NCBI GenBank assembly: GCA_051439505.1 | Contig: JBFRWI010000198.1 | Span: 1 to 55,758, forward strand | Reading direction: 5' to 3' | Source of the DNA: Hormoscilla sp. | GTDB taxonomy: Bacteria > Cyanobacteriota > Cyanobacteriia > Cyanobacteriales > Desertifilaceae | DNA length: 55,758 bases | Shown: positions 1-7,710 of the stretch, piece after piece | Numbering within the stretch: position 1 is the stretch's first letter | Layout: each line of letters starts with the position of its first letter | The notes under the pieces: model-generated | Told to the model about the DNA's origin: nothing | Databases searched by the model: none | Seen by the model: only the letters and a program-made list of their open reading frames with translations | Program-made: the position numbers and the translations under genes

Positions 1-105
1 ATGATATTTGATATGGCTCATATGATATTTGATATGGCCCATATGATATTTGATATGCCCCAGAGCAAATATCATATGTCGCAAAGCAATTATCCCACCA
101 AGTCA
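1..105. repeat. 21-bp tandem repeat array (ATGATATTTGATATGGCYCAT), degenerating rightwards, cut by the window start
   Basis: Three near-perfect 21-mers at 1-63, then two degenerate units. + frame 1 is open to TGA at 142-144 (MIFDMAH repeats). Confidence 0.85.
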
Positions 106-397
106 AACCGACCCGAGGGCGATCGTCGAGTAAGTCATCCGTGATATCCCATAGCGCCGAGGCCCACCTAGAATGAGTAATATAATTTTCAATTGGCAAT
201 TTTCAATTAGCGATGAAGGGGAGAACTCTTTTGGTACAGCGGTAGGAATTGCGGGTTCCCATCTATGATAGCAACAATTTTCCCAAATGGGTAAGGTTAT
301 GTGACAATTGTGAATCTGTCACATCGCCTTGCAGACATCGGGGGTAAGCAGTCAATAATATAAGTAACGAGACAAAGATGAATTGAGGTGAGCGAAA

Positions 398-1030
398 ATG
401 GCAAGCTTCCCTAACACTGAAATGGAAATTGCCACCTTGGCAGAAAACATGATCTCGGGCTTGACCGCAAATACCGACGTATATCCCGCCCCGATCGTTC
501 CGGTCGATCAACTCCAAAACGCCCTGAACGAATTAAAATCAGCACAGCATCAGGTGCTGGCCACCAAATCAGCAGCTGAACAAGCGGTGACGGCGAAAAA
601 CGAAGTGCTGAAAAAATTGACTGGCCTGCTCAAGTCCGACATCCACTATGCTGAAGCCGTGACCGAAAGAGACGACGATAAACTGAAACTCCTAGGTTGG
701 GCGGGACGTTCCGCACCCAGGAGGATAGAAGTTCCCGGGGCGATCGAGCAATTCCAAGTCATTCGCACGGAGCCCGGTACAATTAAATTAACATGGCAGC
801 GACCCAGTAAAGGGGGAAGAGTTGCTGCCTATAAAGTGCAAGAATTAAATCGCACCTTGGGAATTTGGCAAACCGTGGAAACAGCGATCAATACTGCTGC
901 CCAGTCCCTGCGGGATCTGGAAGTTGTCTTATTTCATCGCCAGTTAGGAGAAACCTTAGCCTATCGGATCGTCCCCTGCAACCAAGCAGGAGAAGGAACC
1001 CCCAGCAACACATTAGAAGTGCTTGCCTAA
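398..1030 (+). CDS. Helical-bundle + C-terminal fibronectin type III domain protein
   Basis: GAGGTG SD before the ATG. C-terminal half has FN3 pattern (IKLTW..P..GG...AYKV...W...Y.I...N.AGEGTPSN). N-terminal half is an amphipathic helix region. Confidence 0.75.
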   Translation: MASFPNTEMEIATLAENMISGLTANTDVYPAPIVPVDQLQNALNELKSAQHQVLATKSAAEQAVTAKNEVLKKLTGLLKSDIHYAEAVTERDDDKLKLLGWAGRSAPRRIEVPGAIEQFQVIRTEPGTIKLTWQRPSKGGRVAAYKVQELNRTLGIWQTVETAINTAAQSLRDLEVVLFHRQLGETLAYRIVPCNQAGEGTPSNTLEVLA

Positions 1031-1073
1031 AGGGCGAACTGGACGCATTTAGGGCCTAATTTTGATGGGCATT

Positions 1074-1108
1074 CAGAAACCCGGTTTTGTGGAAAAACCG
1101 GGTTTCTG
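1074..1108. repeat. REP-like hairpin AGAAACCCGGTTT..AAACCGGGTTTCT (related copies at ~1813, 7581, 20842, 35480, 41330-41395, 55387-55452)
   Basis: Inverted repeat seen directly; multiple intergenic copies in the window. Confidence 0.85.
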
Positions 1109-1216
1109 GGTCACTGGTGAAACCGCCCGGGCCAAACCGGGATGCGTTCGGGGCGGATACCCACCCGACTTTTTGTTTATAATATTAGCAGCGTTTCACT
1201 GCCAGAGGGCAAGTCA

Positions 1217-1783
1217 ATGACAGCGGCTAAACGGAAAAAAAAGAAGACTGTCTCCCAGCGCTTGTGGTCTCTACATTGGTGGATGGCGGCGATCTACATA
1301 CCGATCTTTGTGCTTGGCACTTACATGGCTGGCCTGTCCGGGGATGTCTCTTACAGAGGGATGTTATATGATTTCCACAAGTCCCTCGGAGTTTTAACCA
1401 TGATCTTGCTCGCAGTCAGGATCTTTATGCTGTTGCTCAAACTCCAGCGCAAAGCACCCCCAACCCGCCCCAAACAGAAGTTCGATCGCATGCGGAGGGT
1501 CGGGCTGCACGCCTTATTGTACATTTTCATGCTAGGAGTTCCCCTGAGCGGTTGGTTCTTTTCCAACTCCTTTGACAAAGACGTAGCATTCTTCGGCATT
1601 GTTTTGCCCCGCCTGTTTGTCGCGAATAAGGAAATAGCCGAATTTGGCAGAGATATGCATTTTTGGCTATCATACAGCTTTCTGGCATTTATCGTCTTAC
1701 ACGCCATAGACCAATGGAAATTCTTGCGGGCTACGGTCCGGCGTTACTATAAAGCTGTGGAGAAAAAATTCGCCTCATCATAA
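1217..1783 (+). CDS. Cytochrome b (b561/CybB-like, 4 TM di-heme)
   Basis: LHWWMA, FHKSLG, LHALLY..PLSGW, MHFWL..LHA heme-ligand His pattern. Start at ATG 1217 preferred over 1142. Confidence 0.85.
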   Translation: MTAAKRKKKKTVSQRLWSLHWWMAAIYIPIFVLGTYMAGLSGDVSYRGMLYDFHKSLGVLTMILLAVRIFMLLLKLQRKAPPTRPKQKFDRMRRVGLHALLYIFMLGVPLSGWFFSNSFDKDVAFFGIVLPRLFVANKEIAEFGRDMHFWLSYSFLAFIVLHAIDQWKFLRATVRRYYKAVEKKFASS

Positions 1784-1934
1784 AGGAGAACTTTCATCTA
1801 TACTTGGGATTAAGAAACCCGGTTTTTCCAAAAAACCGGGTTTCTGGGCTACTGGCAAATACGATCGCAGTTGGTGCGGTTGAGTTTTGTGCGGAAACTC
1901 AACCTACAGTATTATAACTCAAATTAGATCCTTT

Positions 1935-2624
1935 TTAGATAAGGGATTCTATTTTCTCTAACCAACGCCGAAATCCCGGACATTCTGTGCGAAAAGTCTC
2001 AAGTCCAATATCAATCGCTGCCAAGTTACCATGTAGAGGCTTTTCGTACTCTGGCATCAAGGTTTTAATTCTTTGAGATGGATGAGTTTCGGGAGAATCA
2101 TTAATCTCTTCTGGAGAGGAGTAGAGATCGCGAATGTTTTGAAACTTAGTGGCCAAGTCCTCCCGATCGATACTCCTGGCCAACTGCAAGCAGTTACTAA
2201 ACAGCAATCCCTCAAATTCATGCATAATGATATAGGGAATAAATCGTTCTGTATTCGTTGTGCTTTGAGCGGCAATATCTTGCTGTAGTTCTGCTTCAAT
2301 ATGTTGAGCCTTATTGTCAAAGTCTAAACAACTCGCTTGAAATCGCCCTGGCCATGCATTTGGATTATTTTCTCCTCCTGGTAAAGCATAGTAATCTACC
2401 ATTGTTGACACATATAGGGATCTATCTGTATTGAGATGTCGGATAATTTCTGCACGCACTCCGGGCCACCCTTTAATTCCACCCCTTCGATCGCGCTTGC
2501 GGGCATTACCCATCAACTTAGCGCTAACTGCAAGAAATCCTTTGTTATAAAGATGCGGGGCCAAAACTTCCCTAACAAAAGTTTCTTCTGTTTCTCCTTC
2601 TACGACTACCAACAATCTAACCAT
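1935..2624 (-). CDS. DUF4276-family (TOPRIM-like) protein, partner of the upstream ATPase
   Basis: VVVEGETEETF N-terminus, TMVDYYALP, HEFEGLLFS, PEEIND.PETHPS.RI, CPGF..WL. Start lies 1 nt after the ATPase stop. Confidence 0.85.
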   Translation of the reverse strand: MVRLLVVVEGETEETFVREVLAPHLYNKGFLAVSAKLMGNARKRDRRGGIKGWPGVRAEIIRHLNTDRSLYVSTMVDYYALPGGENNPNAWPGRFQASCLDFDNKAQHIEAELQQDIAAQSTTNTERFIPYIIMHEFEGLLFSNCLQLARSIDREDLATKFQNIRDLYSSPEEINDSPETHPSQRIKTLMPEYEKPLHGNLAAIDIGLETFRTECPGFRRWLEKIESLI

Positions 2625-2625
2625 G

Positions 2626-3723
2626 TTAAGGTCTGCCACCAAATTGATTTTTTTCCCAAAGTTGTCCCAAACTATAGTCTTCCAGCCATGATTCTAACTC
2701 ACTAGATTGCAAGCGGGTGAGAGTTGTGGCCCCATCTTCTAATTCTGTTACCAAAATATCTTCTGGTTCAAAATGATCTAGAAGCAGGGGTGATTGTGTA
2801 GAAATAATAATCTGAGTTTCTGTAGCAGCAGCTTTGACCATACTTGCCAACATTGTAATGGCATAAGGATGTAAACCCAGTTCTGGCTCATCTAAAATGA
2901 TCGGAGAAGGGCGTTCTTGGGCGGGTTGTAGTAATAAGGTCGCCAGACAAATGAAGCGTAATGTCCCATCAGATAGAGACGAAACATCAAAGTATTGGTC
3001 GGAGAGTTTGTGCATCCATTCTAGGCGAATTTTATTTTGATTGCGACGCAAGGTAACTAATTGAAAGTCATCGAAAAAAGCGGCTACCCTTCGCACTGTA
3101 TTGCGGATTAAACGATACTTAGACGGATGTTGTTCTCTTAATAGAAGTAGATAGGCAGGAAGATTTGAGCCATCCGATCGCAAAAAATGATTATCATTAA
3201 CATCTGCAATTCGTTTCATGGGTGACTGTTCGCTCGTATCGTGAAAGTGATAAATTCGCCAATCATCAAGACTTGACTGTACCCAACTAACATTCCCTTC
3301 ACAAAGTTGACTAATGCCAGCTTCACCGTTCGCTGCCTTTAAGGACTCATAGTCTGGTTCTGGGTGGCCTTGTTTATCCCAAAACCAACAGCTTTCATCT
3401 TTGATATAAAGTTCATCGATATCTGTCGATCCTAACAATATTTTATACCCGTTTACCTCGGAAATAAACGATATTTCGATCTCGATTTCTGGTGTAACTT
3501 TCGAGCCAAAGTGCAAGATTGTATCTGCTCCACCTCTTTGGGCTGTATAATTTCTTAACTTACCACGGCGAATAGCATTTAAGAAGGAAAATACTTCCAC
3601 AAAGTTAGATTTTCCCGACCCGTTAGCCCCGATCGATATATTGATGGGGCGTAGTTCTAGCTTCTCGATCGCCCGGATACTCCGGAAGCCCTTGATGGAA
3701 ATATAATCTAGGTAATGTTGCAT
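2626..3723 (-). CDS. AAA_21/AbiEii-like ABC-type ATPase
   Basis: IKGFRSI, Walker A GANGSGKSN, signature LSDGTLRF, Walker B ILDEPELGLHP, STQS. Start could also be 3750. Confidence 0.9.
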   Translation of the reverse strand: MQHYLDYISIKGFRSIRAIEKLELRPINISIGANGSGKSNFVEVFSFLNAIRRGKLRNYTAQRGGADTILHFGSKVTPEIEIEISFISEVNGYKILLGSTDIDELYIKDESCWFWDKQGHPEPDYESLKAANGEAGISQLCEGNVSWVQSSLDDWRIYHFHDTSEQSPMKRIADVNDNHFLRSDGSNLPAYLLLLREQHPSKYRLIRNTVRRVAAFFDDFQLVTLRRNQNKIRLEWMHKLSDQYFDVSSLSDGTLRFICLATLLLQPAQERPSPIILDEPELGLHPYAITMLASMVKAAATETQIIISTQSPLLLDHFEPEDILVTELEDGATTLTRLQSSELESWLEDYSLGQLWEKNQFGGRP

Positions 3724-3912
3724 AGTGTTAGTTTTAGCTGATGCTGGCATTTATTGGGAGTGGAAATTTGCAGCCGGGTCCTCAATACTTGCGATCGCGA
3801 CACGTTGCTGCTATTCTACGATATAACGGATCGGGCTTTGGTTAAGGCATTTTCTTCAAAGAGGCCCGGATAAATCCAGACCTCTCCTATAATCATAGCA
3901 CCTAAGTGAGCG

Positions 3913-5352
3913 CTATATTGAATGCGATCGGGATTTCCAAACCATCTTCATCAACAGCTCATGCAGTAACAATCCTACCACAAAACCAGGAACAATTTCG
4001 TTAAGGATGTCGCTGTATCCTAAAACTCGCCAGATGATAGTAGTCGTTAATCCAGCTAGCATCGTCGCGCTTAAGGCGATGTGGTTCGTGCGTCTTTTGA
4101 GTAATGCAATGAGCATGGCTGGACCAATAGAACCTGCTACTGCACCGACAGCAAATAGAACTAAAGAAAACACGGTGGCGGAAATAGCCAGAGTTGCTAT
4201 TACGGCGGCGAAGCCAACTAATAGAGTCGAAGCTTGCTCGTATTTCAACCCATATTTACGAGACATCTTGTGATAAAAAGAAGGCACAATGTCTCTGGCT
4301 AACGCGCTCGCGCAAACCAGGAGTTGGGAATCTGCCGTCGAGGCAATAACTGAAAACACGCCTGCTAGCACAATTCCTACTAAAACTGGAGGAAAATTCT
4401 GCATTGCATAAAGGGGCAAGGCTTGTTCGGGGTCGTCAAGACCGGGAATCAATACTCGACAAGCAATGCCAAATATTAGCATGGCAATCCAGGTAGAATA
4501 GCCATAAGCCAGGTATAGCCACTGAGCTTGTTTGGTCTCCTCTGGACTGCGACCCGCTAGTAACCTGACTAGGAGTTGGGGCTGAGAGAGACTAAATCCA
4601 AAGCCATAAAAGAAAAACCCCACCATCAGAGCAAGTAATGTCCAGGGGGTAAATCCGGCTGTCAAATTAGTTAGGTTCGGGTCGATTTCATGAAGTTTTG
4701 AGAAAATTGCAGGTATCCCGCCTCCAGCAATAACGGCTACTGTCAGCATCCCATAGCAAACAAACATCACGACAAATGCCTGTACTATGTCGGTCCAGAT
4801 GGAGGCTCGCAGTCCTCCAGTCACGCAGTAGACCATAATTGCGATCGCGGCACCGAGAGCACCAATCTTGGGGTCAACGCCAAAAAACACGTCCAGAGTC
4901 TTAGCAGCAGCAGCAAATTGCGCAGCGGTATAGGCTCCAATAAAGATGATTGTGATCAGCGCAACGATGAGGGTAATGAGGCGTTGGCCTTGAGGCTTTT
5001 TGACCGTGGCACCGATAAATTCTGGCACTGTTTGGGAGCCTTGCTCGACAGAAAACTGGTTTATTTTATCTGGAAAAAATCTCCAAAAGAGCAATTCCCC
5101 CAATAACATGGGAAGAACGATCAGAAAAGATGAAACACCTGTGGTGTAGGCTATTCCTACCGCTCCAACCATAATCCAACCGCTATTGGCGGTAGCGCCA
5201 ACACTGAGCCCGATAAAGAATTTGCCAAAGGAGCGATTTCCCAGCAGGTAGTCAGTCTCTGTATTGTTGGAGACTTTGGCTGCTAGGGCACCAATCCACA
5301 AAAAAATAGCGACGAAAACGGTGAAAGTCCCAATTGTAATGATAGAGTTCAT
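3913..5352 (-). CDS. Sodium:solute symporter (PutP-like)
   Basis: About 13 hydrophobic segments; DYLLGNRS, GGLRASIWTD.VQ, STADSQLL motifs. Confidence 0.9.
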   Translation of the reverse strand: MNSIITIGTFTVFVAIFLWIGALAAKVSNNTETDYLLGNRSFGKFFIGLSVGATANSGWIMVGAVGIAYTTGVSSFLIVLPMLLGELLFWRFFPDKINQFSVEQGSQTVPEFIGATVKKPQGQRLITLIVALITIIFIGAYTAAQFAAAAKTLDVFFGVDPKIGALGAAIAIMVYCVTGGLRASIWTDIVQAFVVMFVCYGMLTVAVIAGGGIPAIFSKLHEIDPNLTNLTAGFTPWTLLALMVGFFFYGFGFSLSQPQLLVRLLAGRSPEETKQAQWLYLAYGYSTWIAMLIFGIACRVLIPGLDDPEQALPLYAMQNFPPVLVGIVLAGVFSVIASTADSQLLVCASALARDIVPSFYHKMSRKYGLKYEQASTLLVGFAAVIATLAISATVFSLVLFAVGAVAGSIGPAMLIALLKRRTNHIALSATMLAGLTTTIIWRVLGYSDILNEIVPGFVVGLLLHELLMKMVWKSRSHSI

Positions 5353-5439
5353 TCGGTAGTTTTCTTTGGTAATAGGTTACTGGACTAGAGTATAAACCGG
5401 GATGGGATAATGCCTCTATCTTAGAGAGAGCGATACTCT

Positions 5440-5861
5440 CAATACTTCTCGGTTAATAATCTGTCATTGCGAGGGGGAAACCCAAACCGATATTTTAGGG
5501 ATCGCAGCGAAGGATCCCCCCGAAGCAATCTCACCGCGCTGTATCCTGGGTAGTGCGAGTAGCGCTCCCTCCGATACAGCCAGACGCAATTCGTGCTATT
5601 CATATTAAGTAGGTGTGCATTGGTCAACTGACTTATGTAAAATTTTGTAACAGATTACAAAATAGCTGAAAGCCTCTCCCAGAAATAAGTTCAGCCATTT
5701 TACATTCCAATTCAACAAACTACGAACTACGAACTACGAACTACGAACTACTTATACGGGGCGGGGGGATTGCTTCGGGGGGTTAACTCAATAAAAACAT
5801 AACTTAATCGCTACGTACCCCCCTCGCAATGACAACCTATATCCTTAACCTTGAGGTATTG
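5440..5861. mobile_element. MITE with imperfect 17-bp TIRs and 10-bp target duplication, carrying nested elements
   Basis: CAATACTTCTCGGTTAA (5440) / TTAACCTTGAGGTATTG (ends 5861). GCGATACTCT is duplicated at 5430-5439 and 5862-5871. Confidence 0.85.
5606..5754. mobile_element. TAAGTAG..CTACTTA mini-element with (ACTACGA)n tail; second copy at 31497-31580
   Basis: Both copies start TAAGTAGGTGTGCATTGGT and end (AACTACG)nAACTACTTA. Confidence 0.8.
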
Positions 5862-5911
5862 GCGATACTCTGACCAGAGTTACCCGGTTTCTCGATCGAC
5901 TAGGATTATTC

Positions 5912-6064
5912 GGGTGTGGTCAAAAGTAGTTGATCGCCCGATCCCCCCCAAACCCCCCCTTCCAAAAGGGGGGGCTCCGGAAGCCCCCCCTTTTTAAGGG
6001 GGGTTTGGGGGGATCCCGGCGACTGGGAGGGCCCCAGAACTATCAACGGGTTTTGACCACACCC
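5912..6064. mobile_element. MITE with GGGTGTGGTCAAAA TIRs and 9-bp TSD
   Basis: Perfect 14-bp TIRs. GGATTATTC at 5903-5911 and 6065-6073. Internal C-rich/G-rich hairpin. Confidence 0.92.
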
Positions 6065-6067
6065 GGA

Positions 6068-6598
6068 TTATTCTACTCGATTCAGGCAAGTTTCCAGCTC
6101 TTGAGCCAGAACCCGGACCTGGGGCTCCCGCATCATAGCATAATGGTCCCCAGGAATCCTATAGGTTTCCAACTCCCCGGCGACTAAAGAATTCCAGCCT
6201 CGCTCTCCGACTTCATCCCTCGCACAAAACAGAACTGTCCGACCAGAATAAGGCTGAGGTTGATAATCGTACATGGCTTTGAGATTAGCTTTGAAGACCT
6301 CGAACAACCGACGGATCTGTTCGATGCCGATTTCTGGCGGCAAGATCCCAAGGCGTTTGGCTTCTTGCCAGATGCGTACCAATTGCTCCTCGTATGGAAG
6401 TTGCTGGAGTTCCTGGGCAGAAATTGATAACTGCTTACCAAAGATACTCCCAAGATCGGTAAAGAGAGAATTTGCCAGCATTGCCTCATCTATCTGTTGA
6501 AGAGAAGTGCTTGGTGCATAACTATCGATTAAAGCCAGCAGCGCCACTTCCTGCCGGGATGCTTGCAACTGCTGTGCCATTTCCCAAGCAACGACACC
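6068..6598 (-). pseudogene. Truncated NRPS thioesterase C-terminal fragment (paralogue of the TE at ~7711-8240)
   Basis: GVVAWEMAQQLQAS..IPGDHY aligns by eye with the end of the adjacent NRPS. It begins just after the GWSLG catalytic motif, at a MITE boundary. Confidence 0.88.
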
Positions 6599-6789
6599 GG
6601 GAGCATCTCAGATTTGCAAATTGACAAACAATCAAATATTTTTGATTGACATTTATGATTGGAGACGATAGCATAGATTGAGCAAAACATCCTCTGTGCG
6701 GTACTTTCCCCAATTGCCATTAGCAATTAGCAATTAGCAATTAGCAATTAGCGAAATTTATTGCAAAAGTGCAAAAGTGAGATGCACCC
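6599..6789. mobile_element. MITE with GGGWGCATCTCA / TGAGATGCACCC ends carrying (TAGCAAT)n; related copy at 51839-51980, partial ends at ~20172, 31891, 40788
   Basis: Terminal inverted repeats visible. No TSD at this copy. Confidence 0.75.
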
Positions 6790-6863
6790 GGATTAAATTT
6801 TGCTAATTTAACCGATTTGCTGTATAGTAGTTAGGGTCGTCTTATTATGTCTAAAAAACTGCT

Positions 6864-7145
6864 ATGCTTCAAGAGCAAAGGTTCCATTTAGATGAGAAGC
6901 AAGTTCAATTTTTGGCTCGCTATCGAGAATACGGGTTTAAAGATAAAAGCCAACTGGTGGTGACAGCTTTGCAGCGCCTCCAGTTAGCGCTCGAAGGCAG
7001 AGACTTGCCAGAGGAAGCATTAGAAGAATCTTCTAGGGTTGAGGTGGGAGAGTTATCTGGGATGCTGTACCGAGCAGATAGAAAAACCGTTTCTTTAGAA
7101 GAAATGGAGGAAGCGATCGCTAAGTGTGCGGGAGAGTCGGCGTGA
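6864..7145 (+). CDS. Putative antitoxin (VapB-like)
   Basis: Small gene whose TGA overlaps the GTG start of a PIN toxin. C-terminus LSGMLYRADRKTVSLEEMEEAI is typical of such antitoxins. Confidence 0.7.
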   Translation: MLQEQRFHLDEKQVQFLARYREYGFKDKSQLVVTALQRLQLALEGRDLPEEALEESSRVEVGELSGMLYRADRKTVSLEEMEEAIAKCAGESA

Positions 7146-7519
7146 AAGGATTAGATACCAATGTTATCGTGCGCTTTTTGGTGCGGGATGACGAAGAGCA
7201 GTGGGAAATTGCCGATCGCTATCTCAATGAGGCTATGCTTGCTAAGGAACGGTGTTTTGTTAACAATATTGTTCTGTGCGAGGTGGTTTGGGTTTTGCGA
7301 ACCAGTTATAAACTAAGTCGAGAAAAGCTCGTTGAAACTTTGGAAAAGATGTTAAAGGCGAATCTTTTTGCTTTTGAAAATCGAGAAGCTATAGAGTGGG
7401 CAATAGGGCAAATTAAATCTGGCAGCGCCGATTTTTCCGATTATTTAATTGCTCGATTAAACCAATTAGCCGGATGTCAGGAAACTGCATCTTTTGATGT
7501 CAAACTATGTCAGTTATAA
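7142..7519 (+). CDS. vapC: VapC PIN-domain toxin
   Basis: GLDTNVIVRFL, VLCEVVWVL, ADFSDYLI, ASFD. GTGA overlap with the antitoxin. Confidence 0.88.
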   Translation: MKGLDTNVIVRFLVRDDEEQWEIADRYLNEAMLAKERCFVNNIVLCEVVWVLRTSYKLSREKLVETLEKMLKANLFAFENREAIEWAIGQIKSGSADFSDYLIARLNQLAGCQETASFDVKLCQL

Positions 7520-7710
7520 GGAATAAAGCAACTCCGCTCCGAGTAGAATAGCAGAGCGATCGCCCTTTCCACCGCCATTAAGAAGCCAGGTTTTTCTGTC
7601 CGAAAAACCTGGCTTCTGCGTTAAAGACTTAACTCGTCATCCCGCCCCCTCGCTGTGGACGGGATGATGCTATTCCTCATTCCCCACTCTAACCAAGATT
7701 CTCCTACAGA

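Noticed and set aside
5439..6187. Short ORFs 5439-5627 and 5930-6187 (likewise 41378-41707 and 55309-55698)
   Set aside because: They are translations of MITE or tandem-repeat DNA with no protein-family features.
6718..6752. Heptamer tracts (TAGCAAT, TAATGGC ~20076, TGATAAC ~28872, TAGCCAT ~31923 and ~49740, GGGAGCA ~41173)
   Set aside because: These are ordinary STRR repeats of filamentous cyanobacteria.
7517..7546. Possible premature stop in vapC (the frame continues GIKQLRSE*)
   Set aside because: All PIN acidic motifs precede the stop, so this cannot be distinguished from a natural end.
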